A stretch of 64,000 bases of DNA, from the NCBI GenBank assembly GCA_031416075.1, contig JANOSY010000002.1, positions 9,606 to 73,605 on the forward strand, in the 5' to 3' direction. Made by a program: the position numbers and the translations under genes. The notes below the pieces were generated by a model that was not told the origin of the DNA, did not search any database, and worked only from the letters and a program-made list of their open reading frames with translations. Below are positions 1-9,600 of the stretch, piece after piece; position 1 is the stretch's first letter, and each line of letters starts with the position of its first letter. Origin of the DNA: Candidatus Tenderia sp. Lineage in GTDB: Bacteria; Pseudomonadota; Gammaproteobacteria; Tenderiales; Tenderiaceae.

Positions 1-204
1 GCCGAGGATGACGGTGTTGTGTTTGGAAAACTCAGTGGCCAGGGCGGTAAACTGGTTGGCCTCGATGGTGCAGCCGGGGGTGTCGTCTTTGGGGTAGAAG
101 TAGAGGACTACATTTTTTCTGCCGCGAAACTGCCCCAGGGTGACAGGGGTGTTGTATTGGTTGGGTGAGTTGAAGTCGGGAGCGGGTTGCTGTTTTGATA
201 ACAT
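1..204 (-). CDS. bcp: Peroxiredoxin Q/BCP (5' part; runs off window start)
   Basis: Hand translation MLSKQQPAPDFNSPNQ...VVLYFYPKDDTPGCTIEA carries the BCP FYPKDxTPGC motif; not in ORF track. Confidence 0.9.
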   Translation of the reverse strand, partial: MLSKQQPAPDFNSPNQYNTPVTLGQFRGRKNVVLYFYPKDDTPGCTIEANQFTALATEFSKHNTVILG

Positions 205-262
205 GGTGGCCTCGTCTGGATGGTGGTTAAAGTTGACGGCTAGTATACGGAATTTGCAGTGG

Positions 263-1093
263 TTAGTGCCAGCCGACGTGGTGACCGCGCACCAGCTGCA
301 CATTGGCATGGTGGCAGGCATCAGTAAAGGCATGGCTGTTGAGATAGTGAAACTCGTGTGTGCGGGCAGCGGCGATGGGGTCATCTGTGGTGTGGTGGGG
401 GGTGCCTGGATGGCACATGAAGAGTGCGCCGTCCTGGGCCTGTTGTAACCAGTAATGCATTAGCGCGGCATAGTTTTGTTGTGGTGAAAAGTCGTAGATG
501 CCACCAAAGTCCTGGTTGTGTGGCAACGAGTGGTGGTGAAGCGCCCGTTGCAGTGGCCGGGCACCTAACAGGCGGATGATCTGCGGTTTGAGTCCGGCGT
601 GGCCGCTGGCCTGAATGTGTGCCAGGTTGCGTATGTAGGGGCGACGGTGGGGAAACCGCTGTTGATAGACCGCCAGCAGTGCGGAGCGGACCACGGGCAG
701 TTGATGGATGTGTTGGTGGCCATCGATGAAGTCGGGTTCTCGTCCCATGCCGTCATAAAAACGGTCGAGCTGGATATTGAAGGCCTGGATGATGGTGTCT
801 CGGTTAAGCCTGCGTAGGTAGGCGGCGGTTATCAGCCCATTCAGGGTGGTGGCGGTGGTGGCCCCCGCCAGTGCGTGGGGGTCGAGAAACGGTTCGTTGA
901 TCAGGGTCAGGTGCAGTCCAACATCGATATCGGCGCTGCTGTTGCGTAGTTGCTGTGCATCTGTGGGCCAACCGGTGGCGGCGCTCATGCAGCTGGTGGC
1001 GCTGAGCCGTCCGTTGCCTGCCAGTTGCAGGATGGCTCGGCTGATGTTGCAGTTTTGGCCGTAGTCGTCGGCACAGAGTACGATCCGTTTCAT
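263..1093 (-). CDS. ChbG/YdjC/HpnK-family carbohydrate deacetylase
   Basis: CADDYG, GLHL, DGHQHIH and MCHPG motifs; likely start MKRIVL at 1093. Confidence 0.88.
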   Translation of the reverse strand: MKRIVLCADDYGQNCNISRAILQLAGNGRLSATSCMSAATGWPTDAQQLRNSSADIDVGLHLTLINEPFLDPHALAGATTATTLNGLITAAYLRRLNRDTIIQAFNIQLDRFYDGMGREPDFIDGHQHIHQLPVVRSALLAVYQQRFPHRRPYIRNLAHIQASGHAGLKPQIIRLLGARPLQRALHHHSLPHNQDFGGIYDFSPQQNYAALMHYWLQQAQDGALFMCHPGTPHHTTDDPIAAARTHEFHYLNSHAFTDACHHANVQLVRGHHVGWH

Positions 1094-1152
1094 GGTTGCC
1101 TTATGGGGATGTGGGTGAGGCTTGGCAGTGTAGTGTGCACGCAGCTGGCCGT

Positions 1153-1524
1153 TTAGCGAAAGGCCCATGCCCTGCTGAGCAGGAAGGTGATGGGGGTGAC
1201 GAGTATCAATACTAAAAACAGCGCGACCAGATAGGGCAGTGTTGTGTAGTGTAAAAAGAGGAAAAAGAGCAGCTCGTTAATGGCAAAGCTGGTGGCGGCA
1301 ATGGCCCAGAAGCGTGTGATGGCGCGACTGTGTGTCAGGGTGGCGCGGTTGTTAAAGGTCCAGAAGCGGTGGCCAATGTAGCTGATATTAAAGGCGCTGA
1401 TAAAACCGATGATGTTGGCCAGGAGTGGCTGCAACCCCAGCGGGACCAGCAGCGCCACGACCCCCATGTGTACAGCGGCAGCGGCGGTGCCGATGGTGCC
1501 AAACTTCAGTAGCTGCTGTTTCAT
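1153..1524 (-). CDS. GtrA-family flippase
   Basis: 123 aa, 4 TM, KFGTIG start, HRFWTF and WAFR motifs. Confidence 0.88.
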   Translation of the reverse strand: MKQQLLKFGTIGTAAAAVHMGVVALLVPLGLQPLLANIIGFISAFNISYIGHRFWTFNNRATLTHSRAITRFWAIAATSFAINELLFFLFLHYTTLPYLVALFLVLILVTPITFLLSRAWAFR

Positions 1525-1527
1525 GGG

Positions 1528-2490
1528 CTAGTGTGAGGGTGGGGTATCGCTGAAGCCGTGTTTGTGTGCAATCAGGTAGCGGGGTCGCTGTTTGACCTCG
1601 TTAAAGATGTTGCCGATGTATTCGCCGAGGATGCCGACGGAGAGCAGTTGCAGCCCGCCAAGAAAGGTGACGGCGACAACCAGGGTGGCCCAGCCGGGCA
1701 GATCGGTACCAAAAATGAGTGTGCGGGTGACAATAAACAGGGCGTAACAGAGCGAGATGGAGGCGACAATAAAGCCGATCAGCCCCCAGATCCGCAATGG
1801 AATGGTTGAGAACGAGACGATGCCGGAGAGTGCCAGCGAGGTAAGGCTGCGAAGGTTAAAGCGTGATGTCCCGGCGTGGCGTGGATGTACATCGTAGGGC
1901 ACACCGATGGTTTTAAACCCCACCCAGGCGTATAGCCCTTTCATAAACCGGTTGCGTTCCGGCATGGCCTTCAGTGCATCGACCACCTTGCGATCCATCA
2001 GTCGAAAGTCGCCAGCATCTGCCTGAAGCTTGATTTTGGAGAGCTTGGACATCAGGTAGTAAAAGGATTCCGAGCTGGTGCGCCGTAGCGGTGACATATA
2101 CGCACGGTTTTTTTGTGCGCCGTAGACCATATCGTAGCCGGTGCGCCACTGTGCCAGAAACTGAGGAATCACTTCGACCGGGTGTTGAAAGTCGGCGTCG
2201 ATCATCACCACCACATCACCGGCGGCGTGGTCGAGTCCCGCACTCAGGGCAATCTCTTTGCCAAAATTGCGTGAAAAGCTCATGAGTTTGACCCGGTACT
2301 GATCGGCAATCGCCAGCACGGTGGCGGCGGTCTGGTCGCTGCTGCAGTCGTCAACCACAATAATCTCAAAGCGGTCGCTGAGCTGTGCCAATTGCTGGTG
2401 CAGGGTTTTGATGAACTCGGCAATGTTGTCTGCCTCGTTGTAGGCGGGAACGACGCAGGAGATGTAGGGCGATGCCTCTCTGTTGTGCAT
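1528..2490 (-). CDS. GT2 polyprenol-phosphate glycosyltransferase (GtrB-like)
   Basis: VVPAYNE, VDDCSSD, SRNFGKE, DADFQHP, GDFRLMDR; two C-terminal TM; EVKQRPRY. Confidence 0.92.
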   Translation of the reverse strand: MHNREASPYISCVVPAYNEADNIAEFIKTLHQQLAQLSDRFEIIVVDDCSSDQTAATVLAIADQYRVKLMSFSRNFGKEIALSAGLDHAAGDVVVMIDADFQHPVEVIPQFLAQWRTGYDMVYGAQKNRAYMSPLRRTSSESFYYLMSKLSKIKLQADAGDFRLMDRKVVDALKAMPERNRFMKGLYAWVGFKTIGVPYDVHPRHAGTSRFNLRSLTSLALSGIVSFSTIPLRIWGLIGFIVASISLCYALFIVTRTLIFGTDLPGWATLVVAVTFLGGLQLLSVGILGEYIGNIFNEVKQRPRYLIAHKHGFSDTPPSH

Positions 2491-2494
2491 CGGA

Positions 2495-3853
2495 TTAGAG
2501 CTGTTTAGTGATCAGGCCCAGGGCGACATGTTCGTCGTTCCAGGGGATTTTGACGTGATGGCCACTGCCGGGGGCCACCTCTATGGGGCTGTTTTTGCTG
2601 TTTTCCATTGTTTCCAGGGTCAGGTAGTGGTTGCCCTGGGGCAGTAGGATCTCCAGTGTATCGCCCACGGCAAAACGGTTTTTCACCTCGATCTCCATCA
2701 TGCCGCGTGTTTTGTCGTAGCCGATGATCTCGCCGCAGAACTGCTGCTGATTGCTCTTGGAGTAGCCGGTCAGGTAGTTCTGGTGTTCGGCGGTGTGGTG
2801 GCGCTCATAAAAGCCGTTGGTGTAGCCGCGGTTGGCGAGGTTTTCCAGCACGCCGAGCAGCCCCATGTCGAAGGGTTTGCCTGCCACTGCATCATCGATC
2901 GCCTGACGATAGGCTTGAGTCGAGCGGGCGACGTAGTAGTGTGATTTGGTGCGTCCTTCGATCTTGAGTGAGTCGATGCCGATCTTCGCCAGCCGCTCGA
3001 CATGTTCGATGGCACGCAGATCCTTGGAGTTCATGATGTAGGTGCCGTGTTCATCTTCGAGAATTGGCATGAACTCGCCGGGACGGTTTTTCTCTTCGAT
3101 CAGATAGGTGCGGTCGGCCAGCGGGTGGCGTGGCAGGTCGCCACAATCGGAGATGCCACTGCTGAGGCTGCTCTGGTTCATCGCCTTAAAACCATCAAAT
3201 TCGATCTTCTGGATATCACCGGCGTCATTCTCGCTGGCGTTTGTGATGCCATACTCCCAGCGGCAGGCGTTGGTGCAGCTGCCTTGATTCGGATCGCGGT
3301 GGTTGAAGTAACCGGAGAGCAGACAGCGGCCGGAGTAGGCGATGCACAACGCGCCGTGCACAAACACCTCCAGCTCCATCTCGGGGCAGCGCTGGCGGAT
3401 ATCCTCGATCTCATCGATAGAGAGTTCGCGCGACAGAATGACACGCTCCAGCCCCATCGATTTCCAGAACTTTACCGCCTGAAAATTAACGGTGTTGGCC
3501 TGCACTGAGAGATGAATCGGCACCTCTGGCCATTTCTCACGTACCAGCATGATCAGACCGGGATCGGCCATGATCAACGCGTCCGGCTTCATCGCAATCA
3601 CCGGCTCCATATCCTTGATGTAGGTATCAACCTTGGCGTTGTGTGGCAGTAGATTGCTGGCGACAAAGAACTTCTTGCCCAGCGCGTGCGCCTCGCTGAT
3701 GCCGATGCTGAGATTCTCCAGCGTAAAGTCGTTGTTGCGCACCCGCAGGCTGTAGCGCGGCTGACCGGCATAGACGGCGTCCGCGCCATAGGCAAAGGCG
3801 TAACGCATGTTTCTGAGGGTGCCGGCGGGGGCGAGCAGTTCGGGGGCTTTCAT
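2495..3853 (-). CDS. trhP: U32 family tRNA 5-hydroxyuridine synthase TrhP (YegQ)
   Basis: PELLAPAG, YSLRVRNN, HGALCIAYSGRCLLS, QGSCTNACRW, KIEGRTKS. Confidence 0.93.
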   Translation of the reverse strand: MKAPELLAPAGTLRNMRYAFAYGADAVYAGQPRYSLRVRNNDFTLENLSIGISEAHALGKKFFVASNLLPHNAKVDTYIKDMEPVIAMKPDALIMADPGLIMLVREKWPEVPIHLSVQANTVNFQAVKFWKSMGLERVILSRELSIDEIEDIRQRCPEMELEVFVHGALCIAYSGRCLLSGYFNHRDPNQGSCTNACRWEYGITNASENDAGDIQKIEFDGFKAMNQSSLSSGISDCGDLPRHPLADRTYLIEEKNRPGEFMPILEDEHGTYIMNSKDLRAIEHVERLAKIGIDSLKIEGRTKSHYYVARSTQAYRQAIDDAVAGKPFDMGLLGVLENLANRGYTNGFYERHHTAEHQNYLTGYSKSNQQQFCGEIIGYDKTRGMMEIEVKNRFAVGDTLEILLPQGNHYLTLETMENSKNSPIEVAPGSGHHVKIPWNDEHVALGLITKQL

Positions 3854-3865
3854 GGTGTGCAGATC

Positions 3866-4528
3866 TTATGTGGGGTGGGCATTGCCCACCACAGGTGCAG
3901 AGGTGGCGGTCGAGGTGGGCGGTGCCCACCCTACGTTATTCTTTAGGACTTCGGCCAGTTTACGTAGCGCCCGGCCGCGATGACTCAACTGGTTTTTCAG
4001 CTCGGCGGACAGCTCTGCTGAAGCGCAATTATGTGTTGGCACATAGAAGACCGGATCGTAACCAAAACCGCCGTCACCTTGGGAGGCATGGAGGATGGTT
4101 CCCTCCCAAGTGCCCTGGCAGATGATAGGGGTCGGATCGCGGTCGTGTCTTATGAATACCATCAGACACTGGAAGCGGGCGGTGCGCTCACTATCGGGCA
4201 CCTCTTTCATGTCAGCCAAAAGCTTGGCGACGTTGTCGCTGCTGTTGGCGGTGATGCCGGCAAAACGGGACGAGTATATGCCCGGCGCCCCTTTGAGAAA
4301 GTCGACCTCGAGCCCTGAGTCATCGGCAATGGCGGGCAGTCCGGTGTGGGTCGCCGCATTGCGCGCCTTGATGATGGCGTTTTCGACAAAAGTGAGGCCG
4401 GTCTCATCCGCCTCCGGTACGCCGAACTCCGACTGCGGCACCACCTGCAACCCAAACGGGGCGAGGATCGCCTGCATCTCCTCCACCTTGCCCCGGTTAC
4501 CAGTGGCGAGCACGATGCGCTGGTTCAT
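3866..4528 (-). CDS. rdgB: dITP/XTP pyrophosphatase with REP-derived C-terminal tail
   Basis: ATGNRGK, ADDSGL, GFGYDPVF, SHRGRA; follows rph. Confidence 0.95.
   Translation of the reverse strand: MNQRIVLATGNRGKVEEMQAILAPFGLQVVPQSEFGVPEADETGLTFVENAIIKARNAATHTGLPAIADDSGLEVDFLKGAPGIYSSRFAGITANSSDNVAKLLADMKEVPDSERTARFQCLMVFIRHDRDPTPIICQGTWEGTILHASQGDGGFGYDPVFYVPTHNCASAELSAELKNQLSHRGRALRKLAEVLKNNVGWAPPTSTATSAPVVGNAHPT
3870..3934. repeat. Inverted REP doublet (GTAG family) inside the rdgB 3' end
   Basis: GTGGGGTGGGCATTGCCCACC ... GGTGGGCGGTGCCCACCCTAC. Confidence 0.85.
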
Positions 4529-4531
4529 GTT

Positions 4532-5248
4532 TTAGCCTTGCAGCACGTCGGTCTGTTTCTGGATCAGTTCGTTAATCCCTTTTTGCGCCAGTGCCAGCAT
4601 CGCCTGCAGCTCCTCCATGCGGAAGGCGTGGCCTTCGGCAGTGCCCTGCACTTCGATAAAGGCACCGGCTTCGTTCATCACTACATTCATGTCGGTCTCG
4701 GCATCGGAGTCCTCGGGGTAGTCCAGGTCCAGTACCGGTATCCCTTTGTAGATACCGACGGAGACCGAGGCGATCTGGCCGTGGATCGGGCTTTTTTTGA
4801 TCTTGCCGGTTTTGACCAAGTGGTTGCAGGCATCGACCAACGCAACATAACCACCGGTGATAGAGGCGGTGCGGGTACCGCCGTCGGCCTGGATTACGTC
4901 GCAGTCGAGGGTGATGACACGCTCGCCGAGGGCGTCCAGATCCACCACGGCACGCAGTGAACGACCGATCAGACGTTGAATCTCCATCGTCCGCCCCCCT
5001 TGACCATTGCTGGTCGCCTCGCGGCGCATACGTGAGCCGGTGGAGCGTGGCAGCATGCCGTACTCGGCTGTCACCCAACCCTGGCCTTTGCCTTTGAGCC
5101 ACTGCGGCACCCGCTCCTCGATCGAGGCGGTGCAGATCACCTGGGTATCACCAAACTCCACCAGCACCGAACCTTCGGCATGTTTGGTAAAACGGCGGGT
5201 GAGTTTGATCTCACGTAACTGCTCGGGGGCTCGTCCGCTTGGGCGCAT
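4532..5248 (-). CDS. rph: Ribonuclease PH
   Basis: MRPSGR start, [34 protein letters not shown]. Confidence 0.97.
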   Translation of the reverse strand: MRPSGRAPEQLREIKLTRRFTKHAEGSVLVEFGDTQVICTASIEERVPQWLKGKGQGWVTAEYGMLPRSTGSRMRREATSNGQGGRTMEIQRLIGRSLRAVVDLDALGERVITLDCDVIQADGGTRTASITGGYVALVDACNHLVKTGKIKKSPIHGQIASVSVGIYKGIPVLDLDYPEDSDAETDMNVVMNEAGAFIEVQGTAEGHAFRMEELQAMLALAQKGINELIQKQTDVLQG

Positions 5249-5584
5249 GGTTTGACCTCTTGAATGACTACTGGAAAAGGGCGGCAATTATAGCGGATTT
5301 GGTAGTCAGCAGGGTGTAATGGCGGCTGTTTTATCAATTTTTAAAGATTGCATGGGACTATTGTAGGGTGGCGTGTGGGTTTTTTTGCCAGTGGTGTATT
5401 GGAGGGGATGGCTGGCACCCTCTTTAAAATGGTGTACATTATTGTTTATGGTGTTAATTTTCTGCCTCTTTGGCCGCTGAACTCTAGGTGCCGTGTGACT
5501 TTTTGTAACAGAAAATGGACAGGGATTTTTAGCGTGTCCATGCGGTTGTTAATAAATATGGATTTTGATTGTGAGGAGGGATAG

Positions 5585-6325
5585 ATGGCAGCGCCTTCGG
5601 TACTGATTGTTGATGATGAAGCGTTTATGCGCCGGGTGATTCGCCAGACGCTGACCAGTCTCGGCTGCACTCAGGTGGGGGATGTAGGCTCGGTAGCGGA
5701 GGCGTTGGCGCTGTTGGGTAAAAACCATTTTGATCTGATCCTTAGTGATATTTACATGCCCGGCATGAGCGGGCTGGAGTTTTTGAAGCTGGTTCGCACG
5801 GGCAAGACAATATTGGCCAGGGATGCCCGGTTGATTGCGCTGACCTCTTTTTCCAATACTGAGATCCTCAATACCTCGATGATGCTGGATGTGAATGGGT
5901 TTATGGTGAAGCCGATTAAGGCTGAGCTGGTCAAAAAAAATATGCTCAAGGCATTAAAAGAGAAGATGTATCTACGTACTGAGGCGGAGTACGAGGCGAT
6001 TGCGATCAATCAGGGGTGGGCCAGTAAGGAGGAGGGTAAACCTATCTCCGTCGGGGGTGCAGCCCACGTCCCTAGGGCCGCACCCGCAGCGCCACCACCT
6101 GTGGTAAAGGCCCCGGAGCCGGAGGAGATGACAGTGCCGGGGGTTGTGGTGGTGGCGACGCATCAGATTCAGCCGAATTCGGTGTTGGCGGAGAAGCTGA
6201 TGGCCAAGGATGGCACGTTGCTACTGTCGGCGGGTCAGCGGCTGACACCACAGCTTATTAATCGCCTGCAGGATCTGCACTCAATTCTACGTTCCAACAT
6301 GATAAAAGTTTTACCGCCAGAATAG
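5585..6325 (+). CDS. CheY-like response regulator with a C-terminal non-DNA-binding domain
   Basis: LIVDD, LSDIYMPGMSG, KP; Pro/Ala linker; C-terminal LAEKL..DGTLLLSAG.RLT..LI.RL motif. Confidence 0.85.
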   Translation: MAAPSVLIVDDEAFMRRVIRQTLTSLGCTQVGDVGSVAEALALLGKNHFDLILSDIYMPGMSGLEFLKLVRTGKTILARDARLIALTSFSNTEILNTSMMLDVNGFMVKPIKAELVKKNMLKALKEKMYLRTEAEYEAIAINQGWASKEEGKPISVGGAAHVPRAAPAAPPPVVKAPEPEEMTVPGVVVVATHQIQPNSVLAEKLMAKDGTLLLSAGQRLTPQLINRLQDLHSILRSNMIKVLPPE

Positions 6326-6420
6326 GTGTGTCACGTGCTTACAGCGGCTTTGGTTGCTGGGGGCGTGTGGGGTCAGCCCCCTGTTGTCTATCTGTGAATA
6401 TCCCTGTTTGTGAATATCCA

Positions 6421-6581
6421 AAGAACCTCTGAATAACCCCGTTGGTCTTGAGCCTGTCGAAGGGGTGATGACGTAACGTATTGATTGTTAAGAGTCCTTC
6501 ATGAATGATTCGACAAATTCACCACGAAGAGTCTGCCCCACGAAGTGTTTTGGGCGCGGTGGAGTTACTCAGCTATTTCTT
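6421..6581. mobile_element. Degenerate MITE-like element with internal palindromic repeats
   Basis: Imperfect terminal inverted repeats AAGAACCTCTGAATAACCCC / GGAGTTACTCAGCTATTTCTT enclosing GAGCCTGTCGAA ... TTCGACAAATTCACCACGAA. Confidence 0.55.
6530..6554 (+). repeat. Mini-element copy 1 (AGTCTGCCCCACGAAGTGTTTTGGG)
   Basis: 23/25 identical to 44608-44632. Confidence 0.8.
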
Positions 6582-6630
6582 AAGCGCCCCGGTCTGTGGT
6601 TCGACATATTTGCCATAAACGGCGGTGTTG

Positions 6631-9600
6631 CTAACTTGCAATAAACTGCTCAATCCAGGCGATGGCTGCTGTGGCGTGGCTATTCAGTTGTGGTATCAGA
6701 CGGTCAATACTGTCCCGGTCGTCGGCCTTGCCGGCCATCTCCAGGGTCAGGCAGTACTCTGCCAGTGCTGTTGCGCCGGTGGTATTGGCGGAGGATTTGA
6801 GACGGTGACCCAAGCCACCGATGGGTTGATACTCCCCGGCGGCGTGGGCCTGGTTGACTTCGACAAGTGTCTCTTTGAGGGTGCTGAGAAAGTCCTGATA
6901 AAAATCACACAGCAGGGCGTGATCGTTCGAACCAATGGCATTGGCCAGTATCTCGGGATCGACAACACCATTGATCGGCAGGGGGGGGGCGGAGGTTGTT
7001 TGCGGCGACTCGGCGACGGGTTCCTCATCCTCATCGCCCCAGTCGTCCCACGCTTGCTCTTCATCTGCATTCTGTGAGGTCTCAGCGTCGGGCACCTCGA
7101 TGGAGACCTCTACGGGTATCTCGATGGGTATCTCGATAGGTTCTGGGAGCCAGCGTGAGAGCATGGCGTTGAGCTTTTCCACCTGTGTCGGTTTGGTGAG
7201 GTAGTCATCCATGCCGGCCTCAAGACAGTGGTTATGGGTGCCACTCAGGGCGTCGGCGGTGATGGCGATGATCGGCATGCGCTGCCCCTCTTTCTCCTCC
7301 AGGCGAATGGCGCGGGCCAGGTCGTAGCCATCGATTTCGGGCATGTGGCAGTCGGTGAGCAGGAGCGCAAACGGTTCTTTGCGCCAGAGTTCCAGCGCCT
7401 CTTTGCCGTCGTTGGCCACTTCGGCGGCGTACCCCAGCAGTCCGAGTTGATGGATGATGACCTTGACGTTGGTCTTGTTATCTTCGGCAACCAGTATCAG
7501 CTGGCCAGACTGGCGCGCCTGTTCGACGGTCATGGGGGTGCGGTGTGACAGGGGTGTTTTGTGGGTGGTGCGTTCGGTCTTTTCCACACGGCCCAAGGCG
7601 ATGCCGACGGTCTGGATCAGCTGGCTGCGGCTCAGTGAGTTCATCTGCAGATAAGAGACGTTTTTCTGTTCGACGGTCGGCGAGGTGGCAGTATTGCTGG
7701 TGATGATCAGCATCCGTATGTTTTTCAGATGGTTTTGGGTGCCGAGTCGTTCATAGAGTGTTTTACCGCCCAGCTGTGCCTGGCGGTCATCGATGATGAC
7801 GACGGTCTCATTGTTGCCTGTCGTATTGCTGACACGTTGGATGCAGGAGTCGAGGGTCATATCCAGCAGCACCTTGGCACCGGCATAGCCGAGATAGCAG
7901 GCGACAATGGCGCTAGCCACCTCATCAAATCCAACCAGGATGGTGGTGACACCGGCCAGCTCCTGGCTCGGTTTGGCGTTCTCTTGTGGCACGGTCTCCA
8001 GTTCAAGCGCCACGGTGAAGATGGACCCTTTGCCCTCTTCACTTTCGAGAGTGACGGTGCCGTTCATCATCTCCACCAGCCGGCGGCAGATGACCAGCCC
8101 GAGTCCGGTGCCGCCATAACGGCGGGTGGTGGAGTTTTCCGCCTGGGTAAAGGGTTGGAACAGCCGTTTTTGAACATCGGGATTCATGCCGATGCCGTTG
8201 TCACTCACCTGAATACGGATGCGTGCCAGATTTTTATCGGTGAGCAGCTCAACCAGATCGGCCCGGACGGTGACCTTGCCGGTCTTGTTGTTGCCGCTTG
8301 AGAATTTGACCGCGTTGCCCGCGAGGTTGAAGAGTATCTGACGGATGCGGATCGGGTCGCCGCTGAGGATCGGAATGCGTGGATCACAGAAGAGTGTCAG
8401 ATCGACATTTTTACTGACGGCAATGGGTTGCAGGGTCTCACCCACCCCTTCCAGCAGCAGGCCAAGTTCGGTGGGGATCTCTTCCAGGTCGAGCCGTCCG
8501 GCTTCGATCTTGGAGAAGTCGAGAATGTCGTCGATGATGCCCAGCAGGGCAAAGGCGGAGTCACGAATGGTGGTGGTGAGTTTGACCTGCTGATCATCCA
8601 GTTCGGTACGGTCGAGCACGTCAATCATGCCAATGACACCGTTCATGGGGGTTCTGATTTCGTGGCTCATGGCGGCCAGGAAGTTGGATTTTGAGCGGCT
8701 GGCCTCTTCTGCATCCTCTTTGGCGGCCTGTAGTTCGCCCATGATTTGGCGCAGTGCGGTGATATCACGTTCGAGAATGATGAATTTTTTGACCTCGTCG
8801 TTGTAGTCAAAGACGGGGGAGACCTCCATGTTGATCCAGTAGGGGCGTCCCGACTTGCTATGGGTCAACAGCTCGGTGGTCATCTTTTGCCCGGAGCTGA
8901 GTGTCTGGCGGATGCTGTCGATGGCCTGGGGATCGCTGTTGGTATTTTGCAACAGTTCAGCCAGGTGTTGGCCAAGCACATCTTCCATCAGATATTCGCT
9001 GCTGCTGGCAAAACCACGGTTGACCCAGAGGATCTGCCCCTCTTTATCGGTGACGATAACGGCGTTGTCGGTCTCCTGTGCCACCAGCGCTAACATCTGT
9101 AGCTCGTCGTTGAGCATGTTGAGCTGCTCTTCTACCTGCTTGTACTGGGTGACATCGCGGATCACACCGGTGAAGTAGAGGGTGTCGTCCAGCCGCATTT
9201 CGTTAACAATCACCTCGGCGGAGAACTCGCGGCCATTTTTGCGCAGCGCCTGCACTTCGCGGCCCGACCCCATCAGATTCATGCCGGAATCGACATGGTT
9301 TCTGATATAACCGTCGTGCTGTTCCCTGTCAGGGGCGGGCATTAAAATGCTCACATTCTGGCCGATCAGCTCTGCGGCTTTATAACCAAACAGCTTCTCA
9401 ACGGCAGGATTGATGCTGTCGATAATGCCCTTGTGATTGATGACCACAACCCCGTCGGCCAGTGTATCCACTAATCCCTGAACCCGTGTCTGTGACCGTT
9501 TCAGCTGTGCGCGGCTGCGGGCACTCATGACCACGAGTCCGGTCAGCAGCAGGGCGGTGAAGAGTGCAAAGCTGTACAACAGTGTGCGAAAGATGTGGAG

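Noticed and set aside
7092-7140. 12-bp tandem repeat (EIPIEIPVEVSIEV) in the kinase; similar QPAG/QPVG/QPGG repeat in lptC near 31540
   Set aside because: In-frame, degenerate linker expansions with no phase-variation potential
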